A DNA stretch of 22,180 nt, taken from the NCBI GenBank assembly GCA_046861655.1, contig JBHIAI010000017.1:1-22180 (forward strand), in the 5' to 3' direction. The notes below the pieces were generated by a model. The model had not been told where the DNA came from. It ran no database searches and worked only from the letters and a program-made list of their open reading frames with translations. Each line of letters begins with the position of its first letter. Positions within the stretch are counted from its first letter, which is position 1. The position numbers and the translations under genes are program-made. Positions 15,418-22,180 of the stretch are shown piece after piece. The DNA comes from Fidelibacterota bacterium. Lineage in GTDB: Bacteria; Fidelibacterota; Marinisomatia; Marinisomatales; S15-B10.

Positions 15418-17202
15418 CTACTCCAGACTGATGACGTACACCTTCCCAACACGCCCTCCCGGTTCATCGAGGGATCCGGACAGATCGTCCTCGTTATCGG
15501 GTTTCGACCCGTACAGACGTTCGATGTCGGCTTTGAACACCTTCCCCACCACATTCGGCGCCAGTTTCATGGAGGGAGTCAATTCCTGGTTTTCGATGGT
15601 CAACTGTCTGTCGAGAAGCATGGTGGAGCCCAACCGGTAATAGGGAATATTCAGGGCCTGGTTCAGTTCCCTTAAACAGGTGCGAAGACACCGGGACAGT
15701 TGCTCGAGACTTCGCGGCCGACGGCATCCCTTTTTCAGCCGCCCTTCATCGGGCATCTGGGAAAACATGGACTTATTGGGAAACAGCAGCGCCACCGGGT
15801 AATCCCGTCCGCTTCCCGCCACGAAGGCGTGGGAAAGAAAGGCGCAGTCTTTCACGATCAAATTCTCAATTTCCGTCGGTACAACCATCTCTGCGTTGGA
15901 GAGCTTGAACATGCGGTCCTTCCGGGATATGAGCCGAAGTCCCTGTTCGGTGAACTCCCCCACGTCTCCTGTCCGGAACCAGCCGTCTTCGGAGAGAGCT
16001 TCCCGGGTGGCCTCCTCATTCTTGAAATACCCCTTCATGACGTTGGGACCTTTCACCAGGATCTCCCCGTCGTCGGCCAGTCTTACTTCAACCCCAGGGA
16101 TGGGTTTACCCACGACCCCCCGTTTCCGGGGCAGATTGGGATCGGTGACGGTGCAACAGGGTGAAGTCTCAGTCAGCCCCCATCCTTCAACCACCGGAAT
16201 TCCCCGTTCCTCAAAGATTCTGGATATGTTCTCCGGAAGCGGTGCCGCGGCCGTAAAAACGAACCGTAACCCCTCGTGAAAAATGACCCTGTCCACGGCC
16301 CTGTCCTGAAGGGCCCGGGTGACCAGTTCCTGGTAGATCCGGGGTACGCTGAAAAAGACGGTAGGGTGAACTTTTTCCCAGTTCTCGAGCAGGGCGTCGG
16401 TATTCTTCCCGTACCCGTTTTCCAATGACAGTACCGCACCGTTGGTGATGGCGGCGTATTTTTCGAAGATGCCCCCGAAACTGTGGTGCCAGGGCAGATA
16501 CGACAGAAACCGGTCCCTGTGACTCAGCTTCCACAGAACCCTCATGGCCGACTGCTGCGACAGAATATTTCCGTGGGTCAACTGAACACACTTAGGTCTC
16601 CCCATGGTGCCCGAAGTGTACATCATGAGAGCCACAGCACCGGAAGAAACCCCGGTCCCTTTGATCTCCCCGGGGGTTCCGTCCGACTCCAGGAGTTCCC
16701 TGAAGGGAATCAGGTTGCCGGTTCCCGGGCTATCCAGGGGATCGAAATGAACGATACCGGCAAAGTCCCCGGGTGAGCTCAGTTTGTCGTACTGCTCCTG
16801 ATCGGACACCGCCACCAGGGTGGGTTCACAGAACCTGACCAGGCTGTTCGCCCTGGCCCCCGGATAGCCGGCAAAAATGGGCACGGAAACGGCCCCCATG
16901 GCCATGACAGCCAGTTCCGTTTCCAGCATTTCCTGGCGGTTTCGGGAAAGGATGGCCACCCGGTCGCCTTTCTTCAGACCGAGCCGGGCCAGGAAAGTCT
17001 GGATGGAGGCCACCTCCTTCTGAAACGCCGACCAGGAAAGGGGCACATACCTTCCGTCTCTCACCTCCTGGTAGATAGGGCTCTGGTCAAACTTGTGGGC
17101 GTTTTCGTTGAGCATGACGGCCAGGTTCCGGGGGTATTCCGGAAGGGAATGGTCAGACCGGAAAACCGTGGGGATTCTCACGCCTCCGCTAAACTGATTC
17201 AT
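15418..17202 (-). CDS. AMP-forming acyl-CoA ligase (long-chain FACS-like)
   Basis: YTSGTMGRPK, SYLPWHH, EGWGLTETSP, GPNVMKGY, WFRTGDVG and ELTPSMK motifs. Start set at ATG 17202 (14-nt overlap with bcrD). Confidence 0.9.
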   Translation of the reverse strand: MNQFSGGVRIPTVFRSDHSLPEYPRNLAVMLNENAHKFDQSPIYQEVRDGRYVPLSWSAFQKEVASIQTFLARLGLKKGDRVAILSRNRQEMLETELAVMAMGAVSVPIFAGYPGARANSLVRFCEPTLVAVSDQEQYDKLSSPGDFAGIVHFDPLDSPGTGNLIPFRELLESDGTPGEIKGTGVSSGAVALMMYTSGTMGRPKCVQLTHGNILSQQSAMRVLWKLSHRDRFLSYLPWHHSFGGIFEKYAAITNGAVLSLENGYGKNTDALLENWEKVHPTVFFSVPRIYQELVTRALQDRAVDRVIFHEGLRFVFTAAAPLPENISRIFEERGIPVVEGWGLTETSPCCTVTDPNLPRKRGVVGKPIPGVEVRLADDGEILVKGPNVMKGYFKNEEATREALSEDGWFRTGDVGEFTEQGLRLISRKDRMFKLSNAEMVVPTEIENLIVKDCAFLSHAFVAGSGRDYPVALLFPNKSMFSQMPDEGRLKKGCRRPRSLEQLSRCLRTCLRELNQALNIPYYRLGSTMLLDRQLTIENQELTPSMKLAPNVVGKVFKADIERLYGSKPDNEDDLSGSLDEPGGRVGKVYVISLE

Positions 17203-18037
17203 GTTCCAATCCTGCACTCCTGAGTTTGAGGTACCGGTACCCGCCCCACAAGGCGGCTCCGATCGCTCCGGCCAGGGCACATTGCTCCGCGGCAAACACC
17301 GTCACGTTCATGTTCTTTTCATCCATCAACTCTTTGATAGCGTCCACGATACCCACATCATGGGCCATCCCGCCGGTGAGAGCCACGGGGGATTCAACTT
17401 TGAGTTTTCTCAAAAGGGCGATCACGCGGCGGGCGATGGACAGATGAATGCCCTTGACGATGTCCGCGGTGGCGATGCCCTGTGAGACCATGTTGATGAC
17501 GTCCGTCTCCGCCAGGACAGCACAGATGCCGCTGGTCCTGGCGGGCTGGGTCGACTTCCGCGACAGGGGTCCCACTTCCTCAAGGGTGAGACCGAGGTAA
17601 CGGGAAATGTTTTCCAGGAATTGACCCGAACCCGAGGCACACTGTCCGGTCATGGTGTATCTGCGGACCCGGGGACCGTTCTCCAGGGTCATGGCCCGGG
17701 TAAACAGGGCACCCAGGTCCACCACCCCCCTGATGTCCGGATGGTAGTGGTAGGCTCCCCGGGCATGAGTGGTCATGCTGTAAAAGTGGCCCGTCTTTCT
17801 GGGAACCAATTCCCCCTCACCCGTGGAGGCCACGTAGACGAGATCCTCATACGAAAGGCCTTGACGCTCTAGCAGCTCGTCCACCACCTTTTCGATGACC
17901 AGGGTAGGGTTTCGCTTGCGGATCTTTTCATTGATCGTATCCACTACGGTGGAGGGATCCCCGTATTGGGCCAGGGCAGCCTTGATGAAGCTGCTTCCCA
18001 CGTCGATGCCTAACGTAAGGTGATTGTCAGTCCCCAT
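17189..18037 (-). CDS. bcrD: Benzoyl-CoA reductase subunit D
   Basis: STGEGE, GHFYSMTTHARGA, QCASGSGQFLENI, ICAVLAETDVINMVS and AGAIGAALWG match BcrD/BadG. Confidence 0.95.
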   Translation of the reverse strand: MGTDNHLTLGIDVGSSFIKAALAQYGDPSTVVDTINEKIRKRNPTLVIEKVVDELLERQGLSYEDLVYVASTGEGELVPRKTGHFYSMTTHARGAYHYHPDIRGVVDLGALFTRAMTLENGPRVRRYTMTGQCASGSGQFLENISRYLGLTLEEVGPLSRKSTQPARTSGICAVLAETDVINMVSQGIATADIVKGIHLSIARRVIALLRKLKVESPVALTGGMAHDVGIVDAIKELMDEKNMNVTVFAAEQCALAGAIGAALWGGYRYLKLRSAGLEHESV

Positions 18038-18039
18038 AA

Positions 18040-18145
18040 TCCTGTCACCCTGAGCCTCTTCCTGTGACCCTGAGCCTGTCGAAGGGTGACCCCATCAGAA
18101 CCGTCCGGCTCATTGTAAGTCATGCTTCGTCAAGCTCAGCATGAC
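18040..18145. repeat. REP-like inverted pair with partial 20-bp duplication
   Basis: GTGACCCTGAGCCTGTCGAAGGGTGAC (18064-18090) and GTCATGCTTCGTCAAGCTCAGCATGAC (18119-18145) are inverted relatives, 20/27 identical by hand alignment. tcctgtSaccctgagcct is repeated at 18040 and 18060. Confidence 0.75.
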
Positions 18146-19457
18146 GGGAAGGATGACGGCCCTCATCCTGTCGCCGGGAACTGAAAATGGCAGCCCCCAG
18201 GGCTCCCATGAAAATAGAGTCGGGGTGAACGTTGATGGTCACGTCCCCGTAATTGTCCTGAACCATCTGGTTCACGTATTTCACCACGGCATCATTCCTT
18301 GCCACGCCACCCGTGAAGGTGAATTCGTCTCGCACGCCGCCGGACCGGGCAAGGAGGGAAAACGCCCTCTGCACGATGGCTTTGTGAAGTCCGGCCAGGA
18401 TGTTTTCCTGTTTCTCTCCCAGATTCAGGTATTCCCTCAGTTCGGCCCCGGCAAAGACTGTACAGGTGCTGCAGATGTTGGATTCGTATTCAGCATCCAG
18501 GGCCATGGGACCCAGTTCGGTAACGCTCATGCTCATCTCGTCTGCGATATACCCCAGATACCGGCCGCAGCCGGCGGCGCATCGATCGTTCATCTGGAAA
18601 CTGGTGACAAACCCATGCCGATCCACCTGAATGGCCTTCGTGTCCTGACCGCCGATATCCAGAACGGTGCGGGTCCGCGGAAAACAGGCATGAGCCCCCA
18701 GGGCATGGCACAGAATCTCCGACTTTATGTGGGTCTGGTCAAAAGGAAGGAGCTGCCGGCCGTAGCCCGTTCCGATATAGTCGGCCGGTTCCAGACTCAC
18801 GGTGGCGGCATCCTCCAAAAAGCCGGCTACAACCGACCACGATTCGTCCATCGTTTCAGGAAGAATACCCAGGGCCCTGTCTGTGAGTTCCGCGAAATCG
18901 AAATCGATGACCATGTTTTCCACTCCCACGATGGAACGGTCGTAGAGGGCGGTCAGCTGGTCGAAGAGATCCTTTGGGAGATCCTCGATATGTTTGAGAT
19001 AGCCTTCACCGAAGAGGTCACGGAAGAATTCCATCCTCGTGCCCCCGCCTTCCGCGAAAAGTTTCTTTTTCGCGTTGTCCTCAATCAGGGGCTCAACCCG
19101 GTCCAGGTGTGACAGGATATTCCTCCGGACCGGCCCGTCCGGCATGTCTCCAGCCTTTCTTCTCATCACGTCCATCAACCGCTGAAACCGCTCTCTGAAT
19201 TGAAGATACCGGAATCTCCCCTCGAGACCGGAGAAAACTTCCTTCCAGTTACTGTGGTCTGCTTCAGAGGCCTCCACCTTACGTCGAAGGAGAGTGAAGC
19301 GGGAATTGAATTCCCCCTCCATCCGGGCGATCTCCGCCGCCACCTCGTAGTCCGCCCGGGTGTTGGTGATCCCCCGGCCTATGATTTTCCCCCTGTCATC
19401 CATGTACACGGCTTTGGATGTGGTGGAACCCAGGTCGATTCCCAGATAGACCTTCAT
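18120..19457 (-). CDS. bcrA: Benzoyl-CoA reductase subunit A
   Basis: True start MKVYLGIDLGSTTSKAV at 19457 (ATGA overlap with the bcrB stop). Motifs GRGITN, FFRD, SEILCH, FQMNDRCAAGCGRYLGYIADEM and STCTVFAGAELR. 445 aa. Confidence 0.95.
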   Translation of the reverse strand: MKVYLGIDLGSTTSKAVYMDDRGKIIGRGITNTRADYEVAAEIARMEGEFNSRFTLLRRKVEASEADHSNWKEVFSGLEGRFRYLQFRERFQRLMDVMRRKAGDMPDGPVRRNILSHLDRVEPLIEDNAKKKLFAEGGGTRMEFFRDLFGEGYLKHIEDLPKDLFDQLTALYDRSIVGVENMVIDFDFAELTDRALGILPETMDESWSVVAGFLEDAATVSLEPADYIGTGYGRQLLPFDQTHIKSEILCHALGAHACFPRTRTVLDIGGQDTKAIQVDRHGFVTSFQMNDRCAAGCGRYLGYIADEMSMSVTELGPMALDAEYESNICSTCTVFAGAELREYLNLGEKQENILAGLHKAIVQRAFSLLARSGGVRDEFTFTGGVARNDAVVKYVNQMVQDNYGDVTINVHPDSIFMGALGAAIFSSRRQDEGRHPSRHAELDEA

Positions 19458-20743
19458 GCTGCCGCTTTCTCCCTGGAACCCAGGGAAATGCGCTGCTCGA
19501 GCATCTGAAAGAATGAATCGAGACGGTTCTTGATATTGGAATAGGAATAGTAACGGGGATCCACCAGGTCCGTTTCGATGAATCCCACCGGTATTCCCAA
19601 CCGTTCCTCCAGGTTTCGCATCATCACCAGCTGCCCCACAGAAAAGGAATTGCAGCTCTTTATGGAGTTCACCAGCAGTCCGTCGGCGTGGTAGGCGGTG
19701 ATGAACCGTTCCAGCAGGTCGATTCGCCGCGGAAGGTTCCGATTGGTGTAACACCCCAGACAGTACTGGGCCAGATTCACCAGAGGGTTCCGGGAGGAAT
19801 GGCGAAACCCGTCGTCGTACACCCCTCCCACGCGGGTATAGGTCGAACCCACGAAAACGGCACCCAGATCGTAGAAAATCTTCCAGAAGTCCCGGAAATG
19901 AGTCCAGTTGGGCGGTCCCTCCACCACCAGACGGTAGCGTTCTTCTTCAAGCACGCCCTCGGGAGTGATGGGACCCGTGCCCCCTTTCACCCTCCCGGTC
20001 ACCTCCTCCAGGAGTTCTTCGTAGTACTCCACGCAGGCCTGACTACCCCGGAACGAGGTGAAAATGGGACCGATGTAATAGACACCGCCGAAATAGGCGT
20101 CAATGGGAGAGGGGCGATGGCGGGCGGACTCGAACACCTCCACCAACAGGTCCTCCGCCCGGCCTGAAAGATCCAGTTTTTCTGAAAGGGTGTCCATGTC
20201 CAGTTTCTTCCCCGAAACCTTCTCCAACTTCGGAATCACTTCCCTTTGAAGCTGATCCACAATATAGGTGACGGCCCCGGAATCCACTCCGTCCCCGTCC
20301 ATGTAAGGAATATGCAGCATGGCAATCTCTGCACCGGGATAGAGGTGTTTGAGGTTTTCGAACCACTTCATGAACACAAAACATCCGGTGTAGCTCAACA
20401 GAAGAAGGTCGGGAGGGGGGAGCCTCTGCCCCGTGGGACCGGTATTGCCCTGGAGCATCATGCCGATATCACATTTCACGTAGGAGCAAACATCCTCCGA
20501 AAACCCTCTTTCCTCCGCCTCCCGGATGTAGTCCCGTGATTTCTGTCTCATGCCGGACTGAAGGGCGTTGATCTCGGGGTAAACGGGGAGCATACCAAAA
20601 GCTGATATCAGTTCGGCCAGATTCCCGGGGACAAAGGTATAGACCACCTTGGTTCCCGTTTCCTTCACCTGGGAGAGGGCCATGAAGTGATCGGCCAGCA
20701 TCCTTTTCTGCCGGATCATGCTGTTTTCTTTTTGAATCTTCAT
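19454..20743 (-). CDS. bcrB: Benzoyl-CoA reductase subunit B
   Basis: TFVPGNL, SEDVCSYVK, LLLSYTGCF.FMKWFE, PSPIDAYFGGVYYIGP, VVEGPPNW and SIKSCNSFS match BcrB/BadE. Confidence 0.95.
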   Translation of the reverse strand: MKIQKENSMIRQKRMLADHFMALSQVKETGTKVVYTFVPGNLAELISAFGMLPVYPEINALQSGMRQKSRDYIREAEERGFSEDVCSYVKCDIGMMLQGNTGPTGQRLPPPDLLLLSYTGCFVFMKWFENLKHLYPGAEIAMLHIPYMDGDGVDSGAVTYIVDQLQREVIPKLEKVSGKKLDMDTLSEKLDLSGRAEDLLVEVFESARHRPSPIDAYFGGVYYIGPIFTSFRGSQACVEYYEELLEEVTGRVKGGTGPITPEGVLEEERYRLVVEGPPNWTHFRDFWKIFYDLGAVFVGSTYTRVGGVYDDGFRHSSRNPLVNLAQYCLGCYTNRNLPRRIDLLERFITAYHADGLLVNSIKSCNSFSVGQLVMMRNLEERLGIPVGFIETDLVDPRYYSYSNIKNRLDSFFQMLEQRISLGSREKAAA

Positions 20744-20745
20744 CC

Positions 20746-20775
20746 CTCAGGAGTGCAGGATCAATCCTGCACCCC
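20746..20775. repeat. Palindromic element in the bcrC-bcrB spacer
   Basis: GTGCAGGAT-CA-ATCCTGCAC (20753-20772). 20746-20761 is the exact reverse complement of 17209-17224. Confidence 0.65.
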
Positions 20776-21945
20776 TTACTCCCATAGTTTGATCATGTCG
20801 GCAAAGGTGCCTGCCTGTTCTTTGATGACATGGAACTGTCCCAGGTTCTCATGATACTGGAAACTGAAATGGCGGATGTGGTGTCTGTCCATGGCTTCCT
20901 CCAGCCTGGGCCTGTCCAAAAGGGCTGGATCGCAGAAACTGGGTGCACAGAAAATAACGCCCTGGGCATCCCGGTTCTGAACCTGCCGGGCGAAGGCGTC
21001 CTCCTTGGGCCGGTCACCGTCATAGATGGCAGAAGAGACGGTGCCCGCCTTCAGATAAGTCTCCACCAGCACGCCCAAGGGGTCATCGGTGTCATCGGCC
21101 AGGGCCCCAGTGATCGACCTTGACCCCAACTGGAAGTCGTCGTCAACTACGTAACACCCGGCATTCTCAATGGTCTTGATCAATCCCAGAGGGGGCTGTT
21201 CGCAGAATGACCCTGATATGACAACCCGTATCTTGTCCTCAGGCTCCCGGTCCACCTTCTCCAGGATTGAGAGGACCCGGGTGAGAAAATCATTGTGGTC
21301 CTCTACACTCATGATGTAGCCCGCCCGCAGTACCAGGTAATGATCTACCGCGGAGATCCGGTGGGGAACCTGGGCCCTGAAATCGGACAGTCTTTTGACC
21401 AGACGGCGGTTCTCGTTGTATACCCTTATGGCCCGGTTGAGCCGGTCGATGGTCACCCGGCGACCGTTCAGTTTCTCCAGATGTTTTGCCAGGAGTTCAA
21501 GCTGGCGACGGTAGAACTGCCCTCCGGTGGACGGATCGAGATTCTGGGGAAAGTCAAGATAGAAAACGAAGGACTGGGGAAAATGCAGCCGGAACACTCC
21601 CGACAGGTTGCGAATGACGTCACAGATGGAGGGAAACAGAAATCCATCGAAATCCTTGAAATTCCCATCCAGGGCCATTTCTATGACCGTGCGGGGCAGG
21701 TGACAGATATACGATTGGAAAAAGGCATCCCCTTTGACCACGGACACTCTCTCCCCCCCTCCGAAGATTCCCACGGGAAGCATACCGGCCGCATGGATGA
21801 TCTCCCTGGGGACATAGATGGGCAAAAACCCGATGACCCTGCGGTCCGTCCCCTGTTTCTTCCACTGGGTGACGTAATCGAAGGAAAGGTCCTCGTAGAG
21901 ATCCCGGGCCAGCTCCATGGCTTCAGGATAGGTCTTAGGGACCAC
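20776..21945 (-). CDS. bcrC: Benzoyl-CoA reductase subunit C
   Basis: LYEDL, YVPREIIHAAGMLP, QSYIC, FPSICDVIRNLSG, GSFCEQPP, APSFCDPALL and EQAGTFAD.IKLW motifs. GTG 21945 is preferred because GGAGG lies 6 nt upstream. The alternative is ATG 21960. Confidence 0.95.
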   Translation of the reverse strand: MVPKTYPEAMELARDLYEDLSFDYVTQWKKQGTDRRVIGFLPIYVPREIIHAAGMLPVGIFGGGERVSVVKGDAFFQSYICHLPRTVIEMALDGNFKDFDGFLFPSICDVIRNLSGVFRLHFPQSFVFYLDFPQNLDPSTGGQFYRRQLELLAKHLEKLNGRRVTIDRLNRAIRVYNENRRLVKRLSDFRAQVPHRISAVDHYLVLRAGYIMSVEDHNDFLTRVLSILEKVDREPEDKIRVVISGSFCEQPPLGLIKTIENAGCYVVDDDFQLGSRSITGALADDTDDPLGVLVETYLKAGTVSSAIYDGDRPKEDAFARQVQNRDAQGVIFCAPSFCDPALLDRPRLEEAMDRHHIRHFSFQYHENLGQFHVIKEQAGTFADMIKLWE

Positions 21946-22180
21946 CGGGCTCCTCCCCATTGGATTTCTGCCAGATCCGGTTGAGCATCCCCCGGAACTG
22001 TCTCAGCTGTTCCGGGGTCAGGACGCTGACCAGGTCACTGTCCACGGAGGTGGCAATTTCGTCCATACGACCAAGCAGTCTGCGTCCCTTGGGTGTGAGA
22101 TACAGTCTCACCACCCGCCGGTCGGACGAGGTTCGCCTCCGCTGGACCAGTCCATCCTTTTCCAGCCTGTCTGCCAGTCC
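21935..22180 (-). CDS. MarR family transcriptional regulator (5'-truncated by window edge)
   Basis: Manual translation: GLADRLEKDGLVQRRRTSSDRRVVRLYLTPKGRRLL...LTPEQLRQFRGMLNRIWQKSNGEEPGGP*. Shows the winged-helix DRR and LTxxG motifs. Its stop overlaps the start of bcrC. Confidence 0.9.
   Translation of the reverse strand, partial: GLADRLEKDGLVQRRRTSSDRRVVRLYLTPKGRRLLGRMDEIATSVDSDLVSVLTPEQLRQFRGMLNRIWQKSNGEEPGGP

Noticed and set aside
19458..19754. 99-aa N-terminal extension of BcrA in the ORF track
   Set aside because: It overlaps bcrB. Family similarity begins at MKVYLGIDLG, which has an ATGA overlap.

Overview
The window is almost entirely one minus-strand, tightly packed anaerobic aromatic-degradation cluster, probably a single operon. 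In transcription order: MarR regulator (truncated by the window edge), bcrC-bcrB-bcrA-bcrD (class I ATP-dependent, Thauera-type benzoyl-CoA reductase), a FACS-like acyl-CoA ligase, a lone 2-hydroxyacyl-CoA dehydratase alpha-type subunit, a PanE/ApbA-family 2-oxoacid reductase, an HgdC/FldI-type activase, a thiolase, had-oah-dch, a 3-hydroxyacyl-CoA dehydrogenase/enoyl-CoA hydratase fusion, a xanthine-oxidase-family FAD subunit, a fused [2Fe-2S]/Mo subunit resembling 4-hydroxybenzoyl-CoA reductase, mocA and xdhC. A secreted FecR-domain gene follows and runs off the left edge. Three points stand out. (1) A four-gene insert may feed aryl-2-oxoacids via aryllactyl-CoA and cinnamoyl-CoA into the benzoyl-CoA pathway, and its dehydratase subunit has no dedicated partner in the window. 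(2) The long intergenic spacers are filled with heptamer or REP-like repeats and are crossed by mini-ORFs that begin at the upstream stop and end near the downstream start, which suggests preserved translational coupling. (3) xdhC has no canonical start codon and lies in frame with mocA behind a single TAA inside a repeat. Family assignments come from motifs and my recollection of reference proteins. No database search was run and the host taxon is not determined.
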